NCBI GenBank assembly: GCA_964454175.1
Contig: CAYVSA010000017.1
Location: 1 to 22,872 of the forward strand
Source of the DNA: an uncultured Pseudomonadota bacterium
GTDB lineage: Bacteria > BMS3Abin14
Length of the DNA: 22,872 bases
Direction of reading: 5' to 3'
Positions within the stretch are counted from its first letter, which is position 1. Each line of letters begins with the position of its first letter. Of this stretch, positions 1 to 6,316 are shown piece by piece. The translations under genes and the position numbers were made by a program. The notes below the pieces were generated by a model. That model saw nothing but the letters and a program-made list of their open reading frames with translations, had not been told where the DNA came from and searched no databases.

Positions 1-75
1 ATGTACGAGGACAAAGAAAGGAACAAGCAGGAACGGTCTGGTTTAGAACAGCCGAAGGAATATAAAGTGGTCTGA

Positions 76-105
76 CACCATTTTGTTTAACACCATTCTG
101 TTTAA
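76..105. repeat. 15-bp tandem duplication
   Basis: caccattttgtttaa (76-90) and caccattctgtttaa (91-105), one mismatch. Confidence 0.7.
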
Positions 106-137
106 TATCAAATGTTCGAATGTTCTGCACTACTGAT

Positions 138-156
138 CTCCCGCTCACGGCGGGAG
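138..156 (-). promoter_or_regulatory. Candidate bacterial SECIS hairpin for the UGA at 169-167
   Basis: Minus strand reads UGA-GCGUAGCAUC-CUCCCGC-CGUGA-GCGGGAG: a perfect 7-bp stem whose loop starts 17 nt after the UGA, with G at loop position 2. No U-tract follows, which argues against an intrinsic terminator. Confidence 0.6.
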
Positions 157-160
157 GATG

Positions 161-385
161 CTACGCTCAGGAAAAGCCGCCGCCGTGGGAGTGCCCGCAG
201 CCTCCTCCTCCCCCGCCAGATGACGCGGGTGATTCAGTACCTGATGCCGAGAAGATGGAGAGCAGCTTCTCCGGGGATGCTTCACCGCACTCTGGGCACT
301 CGAGGGTTGAACCGTCTTCGTTTATACTCGCGAGGGTCTCAAAGGTATGTCCGCATTTTTTGCATCGAAATTCGTAAATAGGCAT
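161..385 (-). CDS. FmdB-family zinc-ribbon protein, probably a selenoprotein (72 aa if UGA at 169-167 is a stop; 74 aa ending GGGFS-U-A at TAG 163-161 if recoded)
   Basis: [16 protein letters not shown]...CPECG is the FmdB CxxC/CxxC zinc-ribbon signature, with a Gly/Cys/His-rich tail and a GGAG RBS. The UGA is followed by a SECIS-like hairpin. The family call is strong; the Sec extension is inference. Confidence 0.85.
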
Positions 386-398
386 ACTGATACTCCGG

Positions 399-578
399 TT
401 AATCTTTCAGCTTACGGTCATATTTACGGGGCACTTTGAACTGAACAGCCGATAAAAGCTTCTCAGGCCCGGTCTTGCCGCACTCGGGGCACTCGAGCCC
501 GGAGCCGTCATCATCCTTGCTGATCATAGCCTCAAATTCCTTTTTACATTTGGCGCATTTGAAATCGTAGATGGGCAT
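399..578 (-). CDS. Second FmdB-family zinc-ribbon protein (59 aa)
   Basis: [16 protein letters not shown]...CPECG. Start moved from 659 to the ATG at 578, which follows a GAGGTG RBS. Tandem paralog of 161-385 with a basic tail and a TAA stop. Confidence 0.88.
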   Translation of the reverse strand: MPIYDFKCAKCKKEFEAMISKDDDGSGLECPECGKTGPEKLLSAVQFKVPRKYDRKLKD

Positions 579-668
579 GTATTTGCACCTCGCTTTACGA
601 CAACCGGACCTTGCCGGCAGTGCTGTTATTGATTTGATGCAGCTCTGACCTGCAGCCAAAAGGGATAT

Positions 669-1592
669 CTATTCCTGAAGATACCTGTAAGCGTAAATAG
701 CAGCGGTTACTCCGTCTCCCACAGCAGTGGCGATCTGCCGAACTGATTGTTCACGGACATCACCGACAGCAAACAGACCTGGGACGGAAGTGGCCATTGT
801 CAGGTCAGTTGCTATGTAACCTCCCTCGGCCTTGTCGATCATGTCTCCCAGGAAGGACGACTGGGGTGTTATCCCAACGTAGATGAAAATACCGTCAACG
901 GCAAGTTCCCTGGTTTTGCCGGTTTTAACGTCCTCCAGCAGAACAGCGCTGACTTCATCCGCGCCCTTGATCTCCTTCACAGTGGAGTTCCACTGAAACT
1001 TTATCCTGTCGTTTGCTTCTGCCCTCTCCCTTGATATAGGAGTCGCCCTGAGTTCGTCTCTTCGGTGGATAATGTGTACGGTGCTGGCAAAACGGGTGAG
1101 AAATAGCGCCTCTTCGACGGCCGAATCGCCGCCACCGACTACAGCAACAGTCTTTTCCCTGTAGAGCGCGCCGTCACAGGTTGCACAGTATGATACTCCG
1201 CGCCCGGCGAGTTTTTCTTCTCCAGGTACTCCCAGCTTGTTTGGATCGGCGCCGGTAGAAACAATGACTGTTCGTGTGCGGATATCACCCTCACTGGTGT
1301 CGAGAACGAATAATTCGCCGTCTTTCCTTGCGGCGCTCACTTCTGCAGTCCGGACCTGGAGACCGTAGGCATCCGTCTGCTTCCGCATGAGATCGGCAAG
1401 TTCAAAGCCGCCGATACCCTCCGGGAACCCGGGATAGTTCTCAACGAGAAAGGTTGTGAGCATCTGGCCACCATGTGCGGCTTTTTCCAGCAGAAGAACG
1501 TCCAGTTTTGCCCTGGCTGCATAAAGTCCAGCCGAAAGGCCCCCCGGGCCTCCGCCGATTATTACCAGATCGTGTGTCATTTCCTTGGCCAT
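669..1592 (-). CDS. trxB: Thioredoxin-disulfide reductase
   Basis: FAD motif IIGGGPGG, redox centre GVSYCATCDG, NADPH motif VVGGGDSA, HRRD, and C-terminal TSVPGLFAVGDV...RQIATAVGDG; 307 aa. Confidence 0.96.
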   Translation of the reverse strand: MAKEMTHDLVIIGGGPGGLSAGLYAARAKLDVLLLEKAAHGGQMLTTFLVENYPGFPEGIGGFELADLMRKQTDAYGLQVRTAEVSAARKDGELFVLDTSEGDIRTRTVIVSTGADPNKLGVPGEEKLAGRGVSYCATCDGALYREKTVAVVGGGDSAVEEALFLTRFASTVHIIHRRDELRATPISRERAEANDRIKFQWNSTVKEIKGADEVSAVLLEDVKTGKTRELAVDGIFIYVGITPQSSFLGDMIDKAEGGYIATDLTMATSVPGLFAVGDVREQSVRQIATAVGDGVTAAIYAYRYLQE

Positions 1593-1635
1593 TGTAAACT
1601 CTTAACTCCCTAAAATTAAAGGTCAGTTTGCCCCT

Positions 1636-1666
1636 GTTCCAACTTCACACGGAAGTCAGCATGAAC
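1636..1666 (-). promoter_or_regulatory. Candidate bacterial SECIS hairpin for the UGA at 1670-1668
   Basis: UGA-A-GUUC-AUGC-UGACUUC-CGUGU-GAAGUUG-GAAC: 4-bp lower stem, bulge, then a 7-bp upper stem with two G-U pairs. The CGUGU loop starts 16 nt after the UGA and nearly matches the CGUGA loop at 145-149. Confidence 0.55.
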
Positions 1667-1742
1667 TTCAGCCGCCTCCTCCACCGGAAAACAAGAGAAG
1701 AAGAGCGGCGACAATAAGGATGAAAATTCCCAACCCGTGCAT
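1656..1742 (-). CDS. Unannotated micro-ORF: putative membrane-anchored selenopeptide MHGLGIFILIVAALLLLFSGGGGG-U-SSC (28 aa)
   Basis: The ATG overlaps the upstream gene's stop (TGATG, 1744-1740). It encodes a hydrophobic stretch, a Gly5 linker and an in-frame TGA (1670-1668) followed by Ser-Ser-Cys-TGA. A SECIS-like hairpin lies downstream. Confidence 0.55.
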
Positions 1743-2134
1743 CAGATGCCAGCCTTTCTGTGTTCCTTGAGAATACAGCGGTCCATAACTACATCCATCC
1801 CGGCATCTTTGCAAAGCTTTTCGGCTTCGTCGTTAATAACGCCTTCCTGGAGCCAGAGGACCCTGGCGCCGATATCAACTGCCTCCTCGGCGATGGGAAG
1901 TACTGTGTCTGACCGGCGGAAAACGTCGACGATCTCCACTGGGAAGGGGATGTCCTTAAGAGACCCATACGCTTTTTCCCCCAGGATCTCTTCAGTGCCG
2001 GGGCGTACAGGAACAATGCGGTAACCCATCGACTGCATGTACCTGGCGACCCCATGACTTGGTCTGTCGGGCCTTGGCGAAAGGCCGACAACAGCAATGG
2101 TGCGGTAGGTTTTCAGTATCTGTTCAATATCCAA
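1742..2134 (-). CDS. CoA-binding domain protein (YccU-like), about 130 aa
   Basis: IAVVGLSPRPDRPSHGVARYM...ILGEKAYGSL...VDVFRRS...LWLQEGV...VVMDRCILKEH. The likely start is TTG at 2134, preceded by AAGGAG; the ORF-track extension to 2485 is antisense to a real gene. Confidence 0.92.
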   Translation of the reverse strand: MDIEQILKTYRTIAVVGLSPRPDRPSHGVARYMQSMGYRIVPVRPGTEEILGEKAYGSLKDIPFPVEIVDVFRRSDTVLPIAEEAVDIGARVLWLQEGVINDEAEKLCKDAGMDVVMDRCILKEHRKAGI

Positions 2135-2144
2135 TGGTCTCTCC

Positions 2145-2197
2145 TTGATATTTACTAATTTATGATATACTAATAACAATATATCACAATTTGTCAA
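2145..2197. promoter_or_regulatory. Overlapping divergent sigma70-like promoters with a central palindrome
   Basis: AT-rich spacer. Minus strand: TTGACA (2197-2192)-16 nt-TATTAG. Plus strand: TTGATA (2145-2150) and extended -10 TGaTATACT. Inverted repeat TGATATA-N10-TATATCA at 2163-2186. Confidence 0.45.
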
Positions 2198-2212
2198 GGG
2201 GAGGGTACGAAT

Positions 2213-3046
2213 ATGGATGTGAGGGTTACAGTACTTGCAGAAAACAGCGTCCAGGCGCCTGAAAAGCTCATAGGCGAACATGGTTTTTCGGCTTTGGTGG
2301 AGAGAGGCTCCGAGAAAATCCTGTTCGACACGGGGCAGGGATACGCCATGATCCACAACGCAGAGGCCCTTGGAATCGACCTCGGGGCCATCGATAAGGT
2401 TGTCCTGAGCCACGGCCACAAGGATCACACCGGTGGGCTCGCCCAGTTCCTTGAAACCGGAGAGTCCAAAGACGTTTACGCACATCCCGGGATCTTCGCA
2501 TCCCGTTACAGGGAGCTACCGGAAGGCGGCACACTCCCTATAGGAATACCCTTTACGAGGGAGCACCTGGAGAGCCTGGGCGCCCGATTCCACCTCGATA
2601 AAGGGCCTCAGGAAATAGCGGCCGGGGTCTTCACTACAGGAGAGGTTCCTCGGGAGACGGACTTCGAGAGGGGAGACAGCGCCCTGTTCCTGTCATCCGA
2701 AGACGGCGGAGGCAGAGACGTGCATCTCGATGACCTGTCGCTGATAGTTGAGGGAGAGAGCGGGCTCATCGTCGTTCTCGGCTGCGCGCACTCCGGGACG
2801 GTGAACATCCTCAATCATGTTCTCAGGATGTTTCCGGGAAAGGACATAAAGTCCGTTCTCGGGGGGACCCACCTGGGATTTTCCTCAGAAGAGCAAATGA
2901 CGGGCACCATAGATGCCATAAAGGGGATGGGCATTGAAAAAGTCGGGGCCAGCCACTGCACGGGCCTTACGGGAGCTGCCAGGCTTTTGGATGCTCTGGG
3001 GGATTCGTTCTTTTTCGCGGGGGTTGGGTCCGTCCTCGAACTATAA
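2213..3046 (+). CDS. MBL-fold metallohydrolase (COG1237-like)
   Basis: EHGFS, LFDTG, SHGHKDHTGG (HxHxDH), GCAHSG, GGTHL and SHCTG motifs; GGGGAGG RBS. Confidence 0.9.
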   Translation: MDVRVTVLAENSVQAPEKLIGEHGFSALVERGSEKILFDTGQGYAMIHNAEALGIDLGAIDKVVLSHGHKDHTGGLAQFLETGESKDVYAHPGIFASRYRELPEGGTLPIGIPFTREHLESLGARFHLDKGPQEIAAGVFTTGEVPRETDFERGDSALFLSSEDGGGRDVHLDDLSLIVEGESGLIVVLGCAHSGTVNILNHVLRMFPGKDIKSVLGGTHLGFSSEEQMTGTIDAIKGMGIEKVGASHCTGLTGAARLLDALGDSFFFAGVGSVLEL

Positions 3047-3191
3047 ATTGCTTGGGTTTTTGCGGCTACAATAAGGGGTCATCTGCTTCGTTATCGGTTT
3101 CTGGAAACACTCGATGTACGGCCTGAAAGGGCATTTTCTCCAGCGTTTATCCCCTTTAGTACCTGTTAACTACCTCTCATTACATTGTACA

Positions 3192-3212
3192 TGGAACCTG
3201 GAACCTGGAACT
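3192..3212. repeat. Short tandem heptamer repeat TGGAAC(C/T) x3
   Basis: tggaacc tggaacc tggaact, directly downstream of the purU stop. Confidence 0.7.
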
Positions 3213-3217
3213 AGGTC

Positions 3218-4084
3218 TTAACCTCCGAAGACGACTGTTTTGCCGTTGTGAATAAGCACCCTGTTCTCAAAGTGCATGGCTACTGCCCTTGCCAGAACCA
3301 CCTTTTCAATATCCTCGCCCTTCCTCCTTAACGTGTCCACGTTGTCGCGGTGGGTGACGGGAACAACGTCCTGGAAAATTATCGGGCCCTGGTCCAGATC
3401 CTCGGTCACGTAGTGGCTCGTAGCGCCGATGACCTTAACGCCCCTCTGAAATGCCTGCATGTATGGGTCCGCTCCGGCAAAGGCCGGCAAAAAGGAGTGG
3501 TGGATGTTGATGATGCTGTTCCTGTATGCGTTGACGAATTTGGGTGTGAGTATCTGCATGTACCTGGCAAGCACAACGGTGTCTGCCTCTTCTTCACGAA
3601 GAATGGAAAGGATCTTATCCTCCTGCTCGGACTTGGTGTCTTTCGTGATGGGCAGATGGTGGTAGGGAATGTGGTAGTACCCGGCAATGTCCCTCTGGTC
3701 ATCGTGGTTGCTGATTATTGCGGGTATGTCCACACTGAGCTGGCCGCTCCTCCATCGATACAGGAGGTCCAGCAGGCAGTGTCCCTGTTTGGATACCATG
3801 ATCACGAGGCGCTTTCGCCTGTCAGAAAAAAAGAGCCTGTGGGCCATTCCCAGCCGCCAGCATACGTCCCCAAACTTGTCGTCCAGTTCATCGCGCGGGA
3901 CTGTGAACCCGTCGAGGCTCCACCTTATCCTCATGAAGAACATGTCTTCAGTGGAGTCTGTGTGCTGATCCAGGTAAACGATGTTTCCGCTGTGATCGAA
4001 GATCCAGTTGGTAATGGTGGCGATAATTCCCTTTGTGTCCTTTCCCTGGACAAGGGCGGTTACAGTAGGCGACTCATTAGTCAT
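3218..4084 (-). CDS. purU: Formyltetrahydrofolate deformylase
   Basis: N-terminal ACT-like domain, then VSKQGHCL, VLARYMQIL, INIHHSFLPAFAGA, GVKVIGATSHYVTEDLDQGPII; 288 aa. Confidence 0.96.
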   Translation of the reverse strand: MTNESPTVTALVQGKDTKGIIATITNWIFDHSGNIVYLDQHTDSTEDMFFMRIRWSLDGFTVPRDELDDKFGDVCWRLGMAHRLFFSDRRKRLVIMVSKQGHCLLDLLYRWRSGQLSVDIPAIISNHDDQRDIAGYYHIPYHHLPITKDTKSEQEDKILSILREEEADTVVLARYMQILTPKFVNAYRNSIINIHHSFLPAFAGADPYMQAFQRGVKVIGATSHYVTEDLDQGPIIFQDVVPVTHRDNVDTLRRKGEDIEKVVLARAVAMHFENRVLIHNGKTVVFGG

Positions 4085-4135
4085 AAAAAATCTCCAAGCG
4101 TGTGTTTTTCGTGTTGAACATATGTAAGATATTGT

Positions 4136-4163
4136 ATTCTATAAATTAATTCGTAAAGGTCAA
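4136..4163 (-). promoter_or_regulatory. Putative sigma70 promoter for purU
   Basis: TTGACC (4163-4158)-16 nt-TAGAAT (4141-4136), about 50 nt upstream of the purU ATG. Confidence 0.45.
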
Positions 4164-4354
4164 CATTTAAAATTCCTGTTCTAAAATTACAGGAAGTCAA
4201 GCAGCAGGCGGCTCCATTAATGACAACAAATCAGTAATCTAGTATTATCGGGAGCCAATGATCCCCTGGCATCCCGTGACGGCTTCGCAATTGGCCAGCA
4301 GGTGTGACAGGGATTCTGCTGAGGGCGCGGCGAGAGGGTTAAAAAGAGACCGAC

Positions 4355-4705
4355 ATGGCAACGAATGGCAATGATAAAAGAGTGCATGAACGTGTTGACG
4401 TAAAACTTGAGGTTACGTTCAACACCGGCAAACAACTCATATCCAGTTACATGAATAACGTCAGTCGGGGCGGGCTTTTCATAAGGACCGAAAAACCGCT
4501 CCCTCTCAATACCGAAGTTGAGCTTAATTTCAGGCTTCCAGACTCTTACAAGGTGTTTAAAACCAGGGGGCTGGTGGTCTGGAATTCACCGCCAGGCGGC
4601 AAGAAAATCCCCGGTATGGGTGTGCAGTTCCGCGAGATGTCTGCCGAGGACCAGGAAATTATTGACAAGGTGATAACAGCGCTCGTAGAAAAAGAGAAGG
4701 AATAA
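4355..4705 (+). CDS. Stand-alone PilZ-domain protein (predicted c-di-GMP binding; TIGR02266-like)
   Basis: RxxxR (RVHER) and NxSxxG (NVSRGGLFI) motifs, plus VVW...PGMGVQF; 116 aa. Confidence 0.88.
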   Translation: MATNGNDKRVHERVDVKLEVTFNTGKQLISSYMNNVSRGGLFIRTEKPLPLNTEVELNFRLPDSYKVFKTRGLVVWNSPPGGKKIPGMGVQFREMSAEDQEIIDKVITALVEKEKE

Positions 4706-4746
4706 AATTTATCGGTACGTGGGCCTGATCAGGCCTGATTTACCCA

Positions 4747-5001
4747 TCAGCAACAGCCCTCCTCTCCCGGTTTCGGACTGACCTTGAGTATGTCTTCCCT
4801 GATTATTGCAACAAGGCAGCCGGTGCCCTTGGTCACATTAATAGCGCCGTCGTGACAGTTGAGCATGCATGCTCCGCACTCGATGCACCTGTCCATAAAG
4901 GCAAGGTATGCTTTTTGATCTTTGAGTACCCAGACGCCGTGGGGACAGACCTTGACGCAGGTACCGCATCCTGTGCACTTTTCCGGTGAGACGGTGATCA
5001 T
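4747..5001 (-). CDS. hgcB: Mercury methylation 2[4Fe-4S] ferredoxin HgcB
   Basis: Two CxxCxxCxxxC motifs (CTGCGTCVKVC and CIECGACMLNC, which contains the HgcB C(M/I)ECGA signature), an extra Cys in GTGC and a C-terminal CC. ATGA overlap with the hgcA stop. Confidence 0.9.
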   Translation of the reverse strand: MITVSPEKCTGCGTCVKVCPHGVWVLKDQKAYLAFMDRCIECGACMLNCHDGAINVTKGTGCLVAIIREDILKVSPKPGEEGCC

Positions 5002-6143
5002 CTTCCCAAACCCGTAGCAATGAATGCTGCAAGGGATCCAGTGTAAAGCAGGACGTCGAGAGGCAGGAAATGGGCGATCTCTCTGCGGACTGCTGAATAG
5101 TTGCTGACAGCCGAGTTGCCCGTGTAAGCCAGCCCCATGAAAAGGGCCGTGGCGAGGCTGAAAAGCGCTGACATGACCAGATCAAGGCCAGTTGCCGCCC
5201 CCCTCGTGAAAGGGGGGATCAGGCCCAGGCTTAAGATAGCACCGAGCCACAATCCCTTCACAGCAAACTTCTTTCCGGGGAGAGCGGGAAAGAAAAGGGG
5301 ATATGCTGTCGCGATCAGAGCGGATAGAAGGGCAGCTTTCCAGGGTACGGAAAAACCCAGGAGGGCGTTTACCACCAGAAGCGCGGCAAGGACACCCATG
5401 CAGTATCCCATGAACTGCAAAAAACCTGGCAGCCAGGTGAATAATCTGGACTGGAATCCGAAGTACACGGTATCCGCACTGTCCCTGTAGGGCGGGTCTG
5501 CAAGGTAGGCGGGGAGGTCCTTTGCGTATAGCGGGCCGATCACGGGCCTTACGTGTGCCTGCCGCAGCATCCTCAGATCGATCCCTGAAAGAGAGAACTT
5601 GGGGAGGATGATCGTCAGGCGTTTTTCACTACTCATAAGTATTTTCTGGTAGCGCATAAGCTGTTTGAATATCTCCAGGTTCGAAAAACGTCCTTTGCCT
5701 GCCGAACACCACACGTTTATCCCGTATGTATCGATAACAAGTATATTGGCCGAAAAAGAACGTACCCTTCTTACCAGAATGAATACCGTTAACAGGTAGT
5801 TCGATGTAACCAGGAGAGGTTTTTCAGGATCGAAGTGTTCTCCCGTGTAGTAAAGACCCGGTGCCAAAGCATAGGTCCTCTTGAATCCATCCATCCAGCA
5901 GACCAGTGCCCTGATGTAGTGACTCAGGGATATCCTGAATGGTTGAGGTTCGCAGCTTTCTCCCGACCAGGGTGTTTCAGCTTTGTAATAAGTGGTTCGC
6001 AGAAGTGCAAGCAGTATCATAAAAACTCCTGCGCCGATGAGCCAGAGGTTCACATCCTGCGTGGGTTTGTAACTCCACCACCTGCCGGCCGAACCGGCAG
6101 CGGTGAAAAAAAGCCCTCCTGATATGAGAAAAAGGTAATTCAT
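4998..6143 (-). CDS. hgcA: Mercury methylation corrinoid protein HgcA (divergent, N-terminally extended)
   Basis: PGLY, VTSNY, ILVIDTYGINVWCSAGKGRF (cap helix NVWCSAGK at 5717-5694, Cys146) and GP..AKDLPAYL, followed by several C-terminal TM helices. Directly upstream of an HgcB-type ferredoxin. Start codon uncertain (weak RBS). Confidence 0.88.
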   Translation of the reverse strand: MNYLFLISGGLFFTAAGSAGRWWSYKPTQDVNLWLIGAGVFMILLALLRTTYYKAETPWSGESCEPQPFRISLSHYIRALVCWMDGFKRTYALAPGLYYTGEHFDPEKPLLVTSNYLLTVFILVRRVRSFSANILVIDTYGINVWCSAGKGRFSNLEIFKQLMRYQKILMSSEKRLTIILPKFSLSGIDLRMLRQAHVRPVIGPLYAKDLPAYLADPPYRDSADTVYFGFQSRLFTWLPGFLQFMGYCMGVLAALLVVNALLGFSVPWKAALLSALIATAYPLFFPALPGKKFAVKGLWLGAILSLGLIPPFTRGAATGLDLVMSALFSLATALFMGLAYTGNSAVSNYSAVRREIAHFLPLDVLLYTGSLAAFIATGLGR

Positions 6144-6316
6144 ATGGTCCGTCTGGTTGAGTACCAGTCTGTGTGAGAAGATGAGGAATATCCATTCGTA
6201 TTATACACCTTTTCCAGTCACCAGGAAGTCATAAGCAGTCATCGGTTGTGAAGGTCAGGCCTTATGTGCTATTTTCTGTTGTTTCAGCCAACAAGCCGTA
6301 AACATGGAGGTATACA

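Noticed and set aside
1623-1658. A second Sec in the micro-ORF (U-SSC-U-LPC...)
   Set aside because: The second UGA lies inside the hairpin stem and has no matching hairpin of its own, so it was treated as the stop.
1616-1744. Alternative reading: the CoA-binding protein's TGA read through as U-C, with the frame open to TAA at 1618-1616
   Set aside because: The domain is already complete at DRCILKEH and no convincing hairpin lies at SECIS distance from this UGA. The overlapping micro-ORF explains the region better.
2135-2485. 247-aa version of the CoA-binding ORF
   Set aside because: The extension is antisense to the MBL hydrolase and crosses the promoter region; TTG at 2134 has a good RBS.
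4085-4354. Riboswitch (ZTP upstream of purU, or c-di-GMP upstream of pilZ)
   Set aside because: I could not find the consensus elements of either on the relevant strand; an Rfam/Infernal scan would be decisive.
4722-4749. Sec readthrough of the hgcB stop (GCC-UGA-WVNQA), with a GGCCU-GAUC-AGGCC hairpin 16 nt downstream
   Set aside because: CC is the normal HgcB terminus, the loop lacks the CGUG(A/U) signature of the other two sites, and the palindrome is explained by its position between convergent genes. Not fully excluded.
6144-6203. Sec-containing N-terminal extension of HgcA, as known for some HgcA proteins
   Set aside because: The upstream frame has no TGA or Cys codon and is closed by TAA at 6203-6201.
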